Positions 32,105 through 43,297 are shown, counted from the stretch's first letter. The stretch: 64,000 bases of DNA from Alphaproteobacteria bacterium (GCA_964291265.2 OZ219747.1:1664001-1728000), one strand, 5' to 3'. The notes: generated by a model from the letters alone, not told the origin. Numbers and translations: made by a program.

Positions 32105-32394
32105 GCCGTCCCCTCAAGCGCCAGCGGGCCGTCTACGCACGACCGGATGACCAGGCCCTGATCCGCACACAGGCGGCGAAGCGGGGCAAGTCGATCTCCC
32201 GGTATCTCGTCGACCTTGCCCTCGAGGATGATCCCGACATTCATCCGCTGCATCTCTCGCCTGCCGAGCAGAGGGAGGCCCTCGATGGCATCCGCGCCTT
32301 CGACCGGCTGAGCCGGTCCTTGCGGCAGGATCTTCCGGGCGCCGAGGGTCTCAACCTCTTCGGCATCGAAGCGCTCTCCCGGACGTTGCCATGA
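32101..32394 (+). CDS. Ribbon-helix-helix (MobC-like) protein 2
   Basis: GTG start overlapping the previous stop; RQRAVYARPDDQALIRTQAAKRGKSISRYLVDLAL. Confidence 0.7.
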   Translation: MSRPLKRQRAVYARPDDQALIRTQAAKRGKSISRYLVDLALEDDPDIHPLHLSPAEQREALDGIRAFDRLSRSLRQDLPGAEGLNLFGIEALSRTLP

Positions 32395-32906
32395 GACGGC
32401 CCCGCCGCCGGCAAGGAAGCCGGAAGCAGTCGAAGCACATCGTGATCGCGGCGACGGACGCCGAATGGGAGACCATCAAGGCCCATGCGGCGAGCCGAGG
32501 ACAGTCCTGCGCCCGCTACCTCATCGACCTCGTGAAGAGGGATGCCGCGGAGAGGGATGTCGACCGCCCGGTGGTGCTGACGGCCGAGGAGCAGCGCGAA
32601 CTCCTGGAGAGCGTCAGAGCGGCCTGTGCTCGCCTGACCGGCGGCGTGGCCGACGCGACGCCGCTTGTCGTCGACATGCAGGTGCGGACCGCGGCCGCCT
32701 TCATGGCCTATGCCGACGTCATGGCGAAGAAGGGCCACGGGCGGGAACTCCATCATCGCCTCGCCGACATCGTCGGGGAGGAGACGGCAAGACGGATCCT
32801 CGCCGACGCCGGCACGCAGAAGGAAGAGCGCCCGTCGGCGGTGCAGGTCGACACGGCGCCGGAACCGGCGACACTCTTCGACCTGCTGGACGAAGGCGAC
32901 ACCTGA
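32391..32906 (+). CDS. Ribbon-helix-helix (MobC-like) protein 3
   Basis: ATGA overlap; KHIVIAATDAEWETIKAHAASRGQSCARYLIDLV. Confidence 0.7.
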   Translation: MRRPRRRQGSRKQSKHIVIAATDAEWETIKAHAASRGQSCARYLIDLVKRDAAERDVDRPVVLTAEEQRELLESVRAACARLTGGVADATPLVVDMQVRTAAAFMAYADVMAKKGHGRELHHRLADIVGEETARRILADAGTQKEERPSAVQVDTAPEPATLFDLLDEGDT

Positions 32907-32916
32907 TGCCGCCGCC

Positions 32917-35900
32917 CTACATCGAGAAGCCACGGGACCGTCCCCTCGACTGATCGATCTTCCGAGCCTCCTGCAGTCGTGCGGCGCGCAGGGATTCGTC
33001 TTCCCATGGACGGCGGACGCAGCCGCGCGAGGCAAGTTCGGGTTCGCGCTGGTAGATCATCTCACCGACCTCTGGAGCATTCTCCAGTCCCCAGGACCGA
33101 TCGACCTTCAGGGTCACGAGCCGGCCCCGCCATGACGTGCCATCTGAGACCTCTTCGACCGTGGCCTCGACCTGGGGCGTGTCGCCCTCGACAACGACCC
33201 CGTCCTTGAACAGGTCGGGATCCCGCACGCACGTCCAGCGGATGCGGTCGCCGGCCACCACGCCGTCATCGCAAGGGATGCTGAACATGCCGTCGGGCGT
33301 CGCATACTGACGAGCGACCTCCCTGTCGCGCAAGGTCTCGTCGAACCACAGGCAGCGCCTGAGACCACTCTGGACGGCAAGCGTCCGGATCCGGTATCCG
33401 TCGAGGCTCACGCTCTCGCCCGTGCCTGCCAGGGGCTCGAGGATGACCGTGTTCGACCTGTCGTCGCTCGGGACGACATGGAGGCGCCTGACAATCATGT
33501 CGTGCACGCCTGCCGCGTCATGCCAGGAGAGCCGGTCTCCCCGCACCAACGGGTCGCGGCCGTCCCACGGGATCGTCCGGGCGGACCCTGGCGCCGCCTG
33601 CCGGATCTCCTTCCAGGCATGGCGCAGCCTGACGAGGTGAACGGCGCGGTCCCTCTCCTCGCGCAGCGCCTCGGCGCGGGCGAGCCAGTCCGGCGCCGCC
33701 TCGATGATCCGGGCGATGCGGTCCGGATCGTGCCCGAGGGCCCGCATATGGAGGGCAAGGACATCCCGGCCCATCCTCGCGTCCAGCGCGGCCGCATCGT
33801 CGATGAGGGCCCGCGCCTCGCGAGACCATGCGGCCAGGCCGACGGCGCCGGCATCCGGGCGGCCGGCCTCCAGGCGCAGCGCTTGCCCGGCAAGGCGGCT
33901 CGCCTCCCGGCGGTCCTCCTCCCAGCCCGTGATGCGGGACTTCCAGGCGTCGAGGGACCGGCCGAGTCCGGGCTCGAGTTCCTCAACCGCCTCCAGCCGA
34001 CCGATGCACTCCCGGAGCTTCGCCAGGTTGCCGTCATCGAGGGGGTGGACCGACGACGGCAACCTCCCGATGGCTTCCGCGAGGCGGGTGAACGCCTCGG
34101 TCTCCATGCGGACCAGGGATGCCGCGATACCGGCAACCGCGCGGTCGATCCTGGCTTTGGCGTCGGCCATGTCGTCTGCCGTGACGCCGCGCGACTGCCA
34201 CCGATCCGGCAGCGCCCGGCCCTCGTTCATCAGGACGTTCGCCCGTTGATGGAGGTCGTCGCGGCCCTCGGACGGAACAGCAGGCGGCATGCGGGCAACC
34301 TCGTCCTGCCAGGCGGCCACCCGGGTTTGCCACGCGGCCAGCTCCTCGCCGGCGTGCGTCGTCTCGAGCATGCCGGGCAGACCGTCGATGCGATGTCCGA
34401 GGCCGTGTGGATCGATGCCGCGGGCGCGGCAATGGGAGCTCCATGCAACCGTGTCGCGCGGTGGCAGGAGGGCGATCAACTCCTCGGTGTCCCTGGCCCG
34501 TCGCCGCCAGTCGAGCGCATCCGGCGCTCCGACCGTCGGCCGGGCGGCCTTCAGATCCTGCAAGGCCGTGGCCACCTGCGCCACCAGGTCGCGCCGGGCG
34601 CCCCAGACATCGTCCTGCGCCGTCACCCGCCGGGCCAGTTCCGTCACCGTCCCGTCATCCTCGTCATCGACAACGTTCCGGACGTCGTCCACGAGATCCG
34701 TCCACCCGTCGATGTCGCAGGGGAGAACACCGGCAGCATCGGCCCGGGCCTTGAGGTCGTCGAGACGCCACCTCAAGTAAGCGTGATCGAGGTTGACGAG
34801 AGCCCTTTCCATGTCACGCACTGTGCGTTCCGTGAGGGTCCGCGAGTCCGGGTCCGCCGCGAGGTATGGCGCATGGCCGGGTGAGGTCAGCAGGACCCGC
34901 GCCTTGTCGAGCCAGGCCCCGGCGTCGCGCCGCCACGCCAGCACCGCCGGAGCGCGAGGATCGACGCCGGTCCCGGGTTCGAGGGCGATGGCTCCCAGGA
35001 GTTCGCTCCCGGTCCCCGGATGCCGGGTCACCTCGTTCATGAGGACATGCTGGCGCTCATCGAAGACCCGCCATGCCTCGATCACGCGGCGTTCCCCTTC
35101 CTCCAACCCCTTCTCGGCCATCAGCGTCCTGGCCGTGGCGGCCAGGTCCCGGTAGTCGTCCCGCAGCAGCGCCGCCTCTCCGGCAAGGCGCGGTTCCATC
35201 TCCTCCCAGCGGCGACGAAAGGCTTCCACGCCGGCCTTCGCCATGACGCGCATCAGGCGGGCCACCGAGGCCTCGACGGCAGACGCCGCGTGCGCGAAAC
35301 CCGGAACCGGCGGCGAGGCCTCGAGCCAGCGCGACGCGGTCCTGAACAGACGAAGGCCGCGCTCCATCCACGGTATCATGCGGGGGAGATCCGGCCCGGA
35401 CCCGCCGGAGGAAGCCCAGGCGAGTTCCGGCCAGCACCGCCAGTGACCGGTGATGTCGTCGATCAGGGTCCGCACTTCCCGTTCCGCCGCCTTCGCCGCT
35501 GCGTGGGCAGTGAGACGTTCCTGCGTGAAGGCGCGCAGATCGTCGGGCAGATCCTCGATGGCCGCGAAGGAGGCGATGCGCGCCATCACCTCGTCATGGC
35601 CGGCCACGGTGGAATGAGGGCGTCCGGTGCGCTTTGTCTCGTCCTCGATCGTCTTCCAGTCGGCGATGAGAGCCGCCGCCTCGTCGAGGTCCACCACCGC
35701 GGCATCGAAGTCCTCGCCCAGGACCTCCAGGGCGTTGTCCGGCACGTCGGGCGACGTCTCGAGAGCTTCGATCAGCGCCTCGCGGTCGTCGGTAAGCAAA
35801 GAGAACCCTTCCGAGGCCCGGCTCACCTCGACATAGAAGAGGTCCTGGTTCGCCATGCCACCGGCATCGAGGACGGCGATGACCTTGGGCGCGGTCCTCC

Positions 35901-38030
35901 CCTGGGCGCCGTGGACCGTCGAACTCCAGGCATGGTCGAGGTGGCGCAGCTGGGGATGCGCGCGGGCCAGGGAGAAGGTCTCGCCGCCCGCCGTCTCCAT
36001 CGTCACCCTCCTGGAGCCGATCTCCCTGACGAGAGCCTCCTCTCCGTTCACCAGTTCGGGATGAGGGCTGCGTCCGGCCCGGGCCTTGAGATTGCGGGTC
36101 CAGCGTATCCGGTCGCCCGCCCGGATCTCGATGGGCGCCGTCTCGTAGACACCGAGGTTGCGGGCGGCGTTGCCCGAGGGCCGGAAGCGCCGCTCCCTGC
36201 CGTCGTCATGATCGAGGACGATGGCGTCGTCCCCGACCGAGCGAACGAGGCAGACGTCGTCGCGCCGGCAGCCGTAGGCGTCGCGGTGGAAGACCACCTC
36301 GTCGCCCACGTGGTAGCTGGCGGCAAGCGCCGCCTGCTGGCGGGTGAGGCGGCGGGGCACCAGGCGCTGGATGGTGAGCGTATTCCCGTGGAGAACGCCT
36401 TCCTCGGCCAGGCGCGAGCGGATTGCGTCGTTGATCTGGCGCCTCATCGCGTGGGTGGGAGCCAGCACTGCACAGCGCTTCCGGTCCTCCGGCGACAGCG
36501 CCAGCCATCGTCGGGCAGCCTCGGCGCCCAGAACCTCGCGGTGGTGCTCCCGCACCCGGTTGTCGAGGCGGGTGATGGCCTCGCGGGCCTCGCCCTCCCG
36601 GGCATGGGCCACCGCCACCTCGAGATCCGGGTCCTTCTGCCGCAGCACCTCATCCATCACCGCCGTCGTCATCCCGGCCTTCTGCAACAGCCCGAAGGGC
36701 TGCCCGGCGGTGATCGACTTCAGCTGAGCCGTGTCGCCCGTCAGCACCACCCGCGCCACGCCGAGCTCAGTTGCGATGTGGAGCAGCTCCTTCATCTGCA
36801 CCGTGCCGATCATCGAGGCCTCGTCGACGGCGAGGATGCGCCCCTGGAAGTCCTCCCGGGCCCTCTGCAGGCGGACCGGGTCGGAGAGGTCCCGGTGGCG
36901 CGTCAGGAACCACTGCAACGTGCGGGACGCGATGCCCGCCTCCTTCCGCAGGACCCGCGCCGCAGTCGCCGAAGGCGCCAGGCCGACGATGTTCTCACGC
37001 CCTGCCAGATCGGCCACGCTCTTCAGCATGGTGGTCTTCCCCGATCCCGCATGCCCCTGGATGCCCACGATGAGATCGGGCGCCAGCAGGATGGTGCGCA
37101 CCGCGTCCGCCTGGCCCCGGGTGAGGCGTGTTCCGGCGAGATGCGCCTCGACATCCTCCTGTTCCGCCAGGGCCCGGGCCGTGTCAACGCCCTCGCGGTG
37201 GAGTTCCAGGATGCGCCTCTCGGCCTTCACCGCTCCATCGGTGACGAAGGACCGGTCCGAGCCCTTCGCAGGCGTTTCGATCAGGATGCCCTCGGCCACC
37301 AGGCGGTCAATGGCGGCATCGACCTCGGGAAGGGCGTAGCGCCCCGGTGCAGAACCGAGAGCCAGCGTGCGGATGGCGCGTTCCGGAATCACCGTGCGAC
37401 GTTCCTCGTAATGCGCGACCGCCCGGCAGACCGCCTCCAGAACCCCTGTCTCGGGCGCCATGACGAGTTCCGGCGGAGCATGGCCGGATGGGAAGGCGCC
37501 GCGGATCCGTATCGGGTCGGCCCGTGGCAGGCCGACCTCGGCGCCGTCGCCGACCTTCGGCACGGCGGGCGACCGCCGCCGCCTGCGCCGTTCGTTCAAC
37601 GCCAGGCCGGCGTCAGGATCGGCGGGAAGCGGCGTCCTCTCGCCCGTCACCGGATCGCTCGGGCGCGGCGGCGCCAGGGCCTCCACGTCGCGGGTGAGAC
37701 CCAGCGAACGCGCCCGTTCTCGCCATTGCGGCACCAGTTCGTCGAGACCCGCTTCCACCTTGCGACGGCGGGTGTGGAGAGTCGCCTTCTGCAGCGCCTC
37801 CTTCGTGTGCGGCAACCCGTGCTCGTCGAGATACCTCAGGATCTCGCGGCGCCGCCCCGAAAAGGCGTCGAGGAAGGCCTGATCGTAGCCTGCCAGCTCG
37901 AAACCCGGAACGTCTCCCACCATGCGAGGCGTGATGGCGAACCCCAGGGCTGTCAGCCGCGCGGCGAGTTCGTTGCGGTAGTGGGCGCCGATCAGGCGCT
38001 CGTTGCGGCGCAGCAACGTTGGTTCGATCG
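32917..38030 (-). pseudogene. MOBF (TrwC/TraI-like) relaxase-helicase, C-terminal part (interrupted)
   Basis: YRNELA..L..LG, FS.RR.EI, GHAGSGKTT, DEASM, GDTAQL, STVHGAQG; joins in frame to 43362-43908 after removing the IS21 element. Confidence 0.9.
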
Positions 38031-38189
38031 ATCGCTGTCGGCGGCGATTTAGAACGGCGGGATATTGGCGGAGAACCGCTCTTTTGGGCGCTGATCGTGT
38101 GAGTGGGTGACCACGACAGGAGAACGTGCGGCATTGGACGAAGGTCCGCCCGGTCTTTGTTTTCTGCCTATTGTTGGATCCCATTGGTC

Positions 38190-38530
38190 TTGCATTGACG
38201 TTGACGATGTCGTTCCGGTCGGCGTTTTCTGGCGTTCGGCGTTTGTGGAACGTGATGTGGGAGGGGAGCTTCAGGCTTTTGCGCGTGGTTTCGTTCTGGC
38301 GTTCTCCGTCCTCGTCGTGGTTCGTCGGGCGGGACGATCTCGAGGCTGGAGAGCTGACGGTTTCTGTTGCGCTGGGCGAAGAGGCTGCGTGCGTTGCGGT
38401 TGCGGCGGCGCAGGGTGCGGCAGGCGTCGAGTGTTTTCGGGCGGATGCTGCGACCTGTGAGCCAGTCCGGCGGCGGATCGGGCGTTGCTGCGGCTCAGCG
38501 GCTGCGGCAGTCTCGTGATGTGGTGTCGTT
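38190..38530 (-). pseudogene. Diverged, internally deleted second copy of the Toprim gene
   Basis: 38197-38340 aligns to 39326-39468 and 38340-38530 aligns to 39716-39908, with many substitutions. Confidence 0.75.
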
Positions 38531-39131
38531 TGGACGGCCCGGGGGTTTCCCGGGGAGGCTGAGAGGCGCGTCGGGGTGAGACGTTCTCATTCCTGGATGG
38601 TAACGCGTGACCGCGTTCAAGGGTCTTGCGAGATTACGTGTCCCTTCCGTAGCCGCGTGGCGGTTCGATGTCCTCGAGAGCCTCGATGTCGGCATCGGCG
38701 ACGATCTGCAGGCGTTCTCCGTAAGGCGTGTCACGGAGGGTTTCGGGGATGCTGTCGAGGCGGTCACGCCATTCGTCCTGCAGGGTGCGGCAGGCGTTGA
38801 GTGTTTTCGGGCGGATGCTGCGACCTGTAAGCCAGTCCGGCCAGCGGCTGCGGCAGTCTCGTGATGCGGTGTCGTTTGGACGGCCCGGGAGTTTCCCGGG
38901 GAGGCTGAGCGGCGCGTCGGGGTGAGACGTTCTCATTCCTGGATGGTAACGCGTGACCGCGTTCAAGGGTCTTGCGGGATCACGTATCCCTTCCGTAGCC
39001 GCGTGGCGGTTCGATGTCCTCGAGGGCCTCGATGTCGGCATCGGCGACGATCTGCAGGCGTTCTCCGTAAGGCGTGTCACGGAGGGTTTCGGGGATGCTG
39101 TCGAGGCGGTCACGCCATTCGTCCTGCAGGG
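38410..39131. repeat. Tandem duplication of a ~350-370 bp unit
   Basis: 38410-38785 and 38780-39131 are nearly identical; the second unit lacks 24 nt; GCAGGG microhomology at the junction. Confidence 0.88.
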
Positions 39132-39270
39132 CGCGCAGTTCGGCCACGGCGTCGTTCCAGCGTTGCGGTCGCGAGCGCCGGTCACGATGCTTTGGGGTGT
39201 GGACGGGAGGGATGCCGGCCTTGCGCCGTTCCCGGTATCGCCGCTGCTTTTCGGCGGGCGTGAGGGGCAT
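38980..39270 (-). CDS. Small hypothetical protein (96 aa)
   Basis: AAGGAG RBS; MPLTPAEKQRRYRERR...EPPRGYGRDT; its 3' half is duplicated at 38634-38785. Confidence 0.75.
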   Translation of the reverse strand: MPLTPAEKQRRYRERRKAGIPPVHTPKHRDRRSRPQRWNDAVAELRALQDEWRDRLDSIPETLRDTPYGERLQIVADADIEALEDIEPPRGYGRDT

Positions 39271-39296
39271 GAGTGGTCTCCTTGTGACGGACGTGG

Positions 39297-40190
39297 TCAT
39301 GATCTCGCTTGTGGTTCTTTGGTCCTGGCGTTGACGACGTCGTTCCAGTCGGCGTTTTCCGGCGGTCTGCGTCTGTGGAACGAGACGTGGGAGGGGAGCT
39401 TCATCTTTTTGCGCAGGGTTTCGGCCTGTCGCTCTCCGGCCTCGTCGTGGTCCTGGGCGAGGACGATGGTCCTGACGTTGGGCAGGCTGCTTGCGGCGAG
39501 GCTGATCTGTTCGTGCTGTCTTCGCGAGGGTGCCCCGGCGGTGGAGAGGAAGGCGTGGCTGGGGGGACATTGGTCGATCTGGGCCAGGCTGAGGGCGTCG
39601 ACGGCGCTTTCGGTGATGACGAGGGCCTCGAGGTCCGCGGCGGTTCCGGCGCGGACGGCGAACAGGCTTCGGGTTCCACCGGTGGCGAAGCGTTTCGGTC
39701 CGTCGGGGGGACCGATCTCGAAGCCGGTGAGCTTTCGCTTCCTGTTGCGATGGGCGAAGAGGACGCGTCCGTTGTGGTCGCGGCGGACCAGGGGGCGGCA
39801 GGTGTCGAGGGTCTCCGGGAGGATGCCGCGCCCGGTGAGCCAGTCCGGGGCCGCATCGGGCGTTGCCGCGGCCCAGAGGCTGCGGAAGTCGCGTGGCGCG
39901 GTGTCGGGTGCTGTGAAGCGGGTGCAGATGTCGGCGAAGGCCAGTCCGCGGTTGAGCATGAAGTCGATGACGGTTCCGTTGTCTTCATCGTTCTGGGTGT
40001 TGAAGTAGACCCAGTGTCCGTTGTTGAGGCACTTCGTGACGAGCTTCGGCAGGCCGGGTGCGCACAGGACGGGGTTGGCGCGTGTCGAGGCCTGTTCGTC
40101 GCGGACGTATCCCCAGTCGGCGGCGATGCGTTCGAACGGCATGCGCTTGACGGCGTCGAAGTCGACGCGGCGGGGTTTATCGGGTTTCAC
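39297..40190 (-). CDS. DUF3991/Toprim primase-like protein
   Basis: WVYFN..DNGTVIDF, WL..RGI, VITESAVDALS, LAQDHDEAG (DxD), DWND; GTG start overlapping the istB end. Confidence 0.8.
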   Translation of the reverse strand: MKPDKPRRVDFDAVKRMPFERIAADWGYVRDEQASTRANPVLCAPGLPKLVTKCLNNGHWVYFNTQNDEDNGTVIDFMLNRGLAFADICTRFTAPDTAPRDFRSLWAAATPDAAPDWLTGRGILPETLDTCRPLVRRDHNGRVLFAHRNRKRKLTGFEIGPPDGPKRFATGGTRSLFAVRAGTAADLEALVITESAVDALSLAQIDQCPPSHAFLSTAGAPSRRQHEQISLAASSLPNVRTIVLAQDHDEAGERQAETLRKKMKLPSHVSFHRRRPPENADWNDVVNARTKEPQARS

Positions 40191-40878
40191 GCCTGAGCCG
40201 CCAGGAGTCGCTGTCGATGGAGATGAGGGTTGCGTCGTGCATGAGCCGGTCGACGGTGCCGGCGATGCCGGAGGCGCTGGGGAAGACGCGGTCCCACTGG
40301 GCGAAGGCGAGGCTTGTCGTGACCATGGTCGAGCGGCGCTGATAGCGCCGCGAGACGATGGCGTAGAGGATGTCGGCATGGTGGCTTTCGAGGGTCACGT
40401 AGCCGATTTCGTCGAGGACGAGCAGGCGGGGCCTGGCGAGGATCGCGAGGCGGCGGCGCAGCTCGCTGCGCGAGACGGTCTCGGCGAGTGCCTCGAGCAG
40501 TTCCGGCGCCTTCTCGAAGCGGACGGTGTGGCCGTGCAGCAGGGCCTGGTGCGCCACGTTGGCGGCGATCATGGTCTTTCCGGTGCCCTGCCCGCCGACG
40601 AGCACGGCGTTGTCCGCACGGTCGACGAAGCCGAGGCCGAGGAGCGCTTCGACATGAGCCCGGCTGATGTCGCGCGGCCATGTCCAGTCGAAGTCCGCCA
40701 GGGGCTTGAAGGCGGGCAGCCGCGCCGCGGCGCGGCGGCGCTCGTGGCTGCGGGCCCTGCGGGCCTGTTCCTCGCCGCTGACCACCTCCTCGATCCATGC
40801 GGTCCCGGCGACCTCGTCCCAGCGTTCGACGAGCCCGTGGAGGCCGAGCGCCCGGGCACGCTCCCTGAGCTCGCTCAT
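40177..40878 (-). CDS. istB: IS21 helper ATPase IstB
   Basis: FDWTW, GGQGTGKT Walker A, LLVLDEIG Walker B, RY.RRS..VTT, DRL.H. Confidence 0.92.
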   Translation of the reverse strand: MSELRERARALGLHGLVERWDEVAGTAWIEEVVSGEEQARRARSHERRRAAARLPAFKPLADFDWTWPRDISRAHVEALLGLGFVDRADNAVLVGGQGTGKTMIAANVAHQALLHGHTVRFEKAPELLEALAETVSRSELRRRLAILARPRLLVLDEIGYVTLESHHADILYAIVSRRYQRRSTMVTTSLAFAQWDRVFPSASGIAGTVDRLMHDATLISIDSDSWRLRRETR

Positions 40879-42368
40879 GTCTTGTTCCTGGCGCTGGCTT
40901 CGGGCCTGTCGTAGGCGTCGAGAGCGGTCCCCCGCGGCGTCGTGCCACGGCCGCCGCGGCCGTCGTCGGCGATGCTGAGGGGCGGCAGGCCCTGCTCCCG
41001 GCGGCGCTCCTCGATGATGACGCGCACGGTTTCGGGGTGGCACGAGCCGCGCTCCAGCGCCGTGGCGACAGCCCGGTCGAGAGCGTCGGCGCCGTGCGCG
41101 TTGAGAAGCGTCTCCAGCATCCGGGCGCAGGAGGCCACGTTGCGCCCGTTGGTCCCGGCGCGCGCCAGCATCTCCTCGGCCCGCGGCACGGTGCGCAGGA
41201 CCCGGTCGCGGACGCTCATGGAGCGGGCCCGCCGCTTGCCCGCGGCGATCGCCCTGGCATGCTCCGGATCGGTGACGGCCTGCTTCCTGTCGTAGGAGCG
41301 TCGGTGGCGCGCGACCTCGTCGGCGCCGTCGAGGATGCGGACCTCGTCGCGGTCGGCGACCAGCGTCAGCAGGGCCTTGGAGAAGCTACCCGGAACGCTG
41401 TAGTCGTTGGTGTCGAAGCGGGCGTGGCAGGTCTTGTCGATGCGCACCGGGCGGACCTCGTGATGCGGGAAGGGGTCGACGGGAAGGACGATCAGGTGCT
41501 CCCTCTCCCGGGCGAAGGCGTCCCGCACCAGGAGACTGTCGTCGTCCGGCCAGGGCCGCTCCGCGGCGGCGCCGAAGCACCACTCCCGAACCGCGGCGTT
41601 GAGCTCGCCGAGCGGGACCGTGATGTCGCGCCCGGCGAAGAACCCGGTGCGCGCGAAGCGCACACGGCGTTCCACGCGGCCCTTCTCCTGCGGGCTCCTG
41701 GGCCAGGCGGCGCTCGGTTCGAAGGCATAGTGGGCCGCGAGGCCGAGCAGCATCGGATGATAGGTGACCGCCTTGCCGCGGCGCGTCACCACGGCACTCT
41801 TCAGGTTGTCGTACAGAAGCCTCCGCGGCACACCCCCGAATGCCGCGAAAGCCTCGACATGGCCTTGCAGGAAGCTGGCCATCCGCGCGTCGTGGAACAG
41901 GCTCAGGACAGTCTGGCGCGAGTAGCTGAGGGTGACGAGAAGCCCCATGAGCCTGCGCTCCGCCCGGCCAATGCGGACCTTCCCGAACTCGGCCCAGTCA
42001 ACCTGCGCCTGCTCGCCCGGAAGGAAGCTCAGCCGCAGCGACGGCTCGGGCCTCTTCACCGGCCTCAGCCCGAGGCGGCGCAGGTCGTGACGGAAGTGAT
42101 CCTCGCCGCCGCGGTAGCCCAGGGCCACGACCTGTCGCCAGAGCGTGCTGGCCGGAAGGTCCGGCGACGCCTCAAGACGCTCCCCGAGGAAGGCAACGAA
42201 GGGGTCGATGAGCTTGGCCCGCGGCCGCCGCTCCTGCCCCGACGCCTTGAGCGCCCGCGTCACCGTGCCGTGGTGCACGCCGAGATGCCGGGCAATCGTC
42301 CCCACAGCCCAGCCCTCGGCCCGCGACAGCCGCACGATCGTCGCCCGCGTGTCCTCGTCGATCGCCAT
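40875..42368 (-). CDS. istA: IS21 transposase IstA
   Basis: N-terminal HTH, PGEQAQVDW, LSYSR, FGGVP..LLYDNLKS, QEKGRVER, N.YSVP. Confidence 0.94.
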   Translation of the reverse strand: MAIDEDTRATIVRLSRAEGWAVGTIARHLGVHHGTVTRALKASGQERRPRAKLIDPFVAFLGERLEASPDLPASTLWRQVVALGYRGGEDHFRHDLRRLGLRPVKRPEPSLRLSFLPGEQAQVDWAEFGKVRIGRAERRLMGLLVTLSYSRQTVLSLFHDARMASFLQGHVEAFAAFGGVPRRLLYDNLKSAVVTRRGKAVTYHPMLLGLAAHYAFEPSAAWPRSPQEKGRVERRVRFARTGFFAGRDITVPLGELNAAVREWCFGAAAERPWPDDDSLLVRDAFAREREHLIVLPVDPFPHHEVRPVRIDKTCHARFDTNDYSVPGSFSKALLTLVADRDEVRILDGADEVARHRRSYDRKQAVTDPEHARAIAAGKRRARSMSVRDRVLRTVPRAEEMLARAGTNGRNVASCARMLETLLNAHGADALDRAVATALERGSCHPETVRVIIEERRREQGLPPLSIADDGRGGRGTTPRGTALDAYDRPEASARNKT

Positions 42369-42400
42369 GAACTCCCTCCCTTTGGTTCCTCAACGCCGCA

Positions 42401-42931
42401 TCACAGGTCCCTCAGCACCACATGCGTCACGACCCGTCCGCACCGGGCGCACCGAAGCGGCGATTCGCGTCGCTCTCGCGCCTTCACAACCGCAGGTAGG
42501 GAGGTCGGCAGCAGTCGGGAAGGGTGGTCCGTAACGATTTCTTCGGAACCGGCGTCTCCAGACACCGCCGGAACGTCGCCAAGCAGCACCACAGCAGACG
42601 TCTGCGTGCCCATGATCTCGGCAAGCATCGCCGCCCTGGCCTTCAACGCACGCGCCTCCTCCGCCTTGCGGAGCCGGTAACGCCGCTGGCGGTGACGGCC
42701 CGTCTCACGGCCCCTCAGCGTGCTCTGGTAGCGACGACGCGACGCGCGGCGCCGCTCGATCCGGGACCGCTCCCTGCACTCATCGGAGCAATACACATGC
42801 CCCCGGTCACACGACCGGCAGAGAACAACCTGCCGCTGACACCGCTTGCAGTTGAACAGTCGTCCCGTCGTGCACACGATCCGTCTCGAGAGCGGGGGTG
42901 GACCCGGACGCAAAATGGCTCGACAATACAC
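42401..42931 (-). CDS. Cys-rich Zn-finger, Arg-rich hypothetical protein
   Basis: CKRC..CRSCDRG..YCSDEC then a basic helix and a C-terminal CARCGR; directly upstream of istA; start may be 42874. Confidence 0.72.
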   Translation of the reverse strand: MYCRAILRPGPPPLSRRIVCTTGRLFNCKRCQRQVVLCRSCDRGHVYCSDECRERSRIERRRASRRRYQSTLRGRETGRHRQRRYRLRKAEEARALKARAAMLAEIMGTQTSAVVLLGDVPAVSGDAGSEEIVTDHPSRLLPTSLPAVVKARERRESPLRCARCGRVVTHVVLRDL

Positions 42932-43258
42932 GGGAGTTCGGTCCCCCGTGACCGGCTCGTCCGGGTGCTGCGCCGGGGGGCGTCATCACAACTCTGCCCG
43001 GCATCGCATCGCTCTTTCTTTCGATGCCGATCTAGCATCCACCCGGGGCGGCGGCAAAAACGCCGCCCCGGGACCGGACAACACGACCCAGACCACAGGG
43101 AAAACAGACGATCCCGCGAGTGCCTCGGAACCGAAACCCTCCCGGCAACCGTCACCAAGACCGAAGCAGAGGCCGACGGAACAATCCGAACCGGACCAAA
43201 ACGACAATAGGAAAACGGGCGGCGCTCGGGGAGACAATCAGCCGAACACTGAACCCAC

Positions 43259-43297
43259 GACAACAGGACGTGACAATAGGACCTGACAACAGGGAAG
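43259..43297. repeat. Three tandem 13-bp subterminal repeats
   Basis: GACAACAGGACGT, GACAATAGGACCT, GACAACAGGGAAG; an extra GACAATAGGA at 43203. Confidence 0.65.

Noticed and set aside
35020-38052. Long opposite-strand ORFs (also 27097-29232, 41037-42680, 17249-18901)
   Set aside because: Shadows of well-supported genes, expected in high-GC DNA, with no motifs
38036-38184. Annotated start of the 1755-aa ORF
   Set aside because: These codons come from the transposon end; the true N-terminus is at 43908
38410-39131. CRISPR-like array
   Set aside because: Two long units with no unique spacers, and no cas genes in the window
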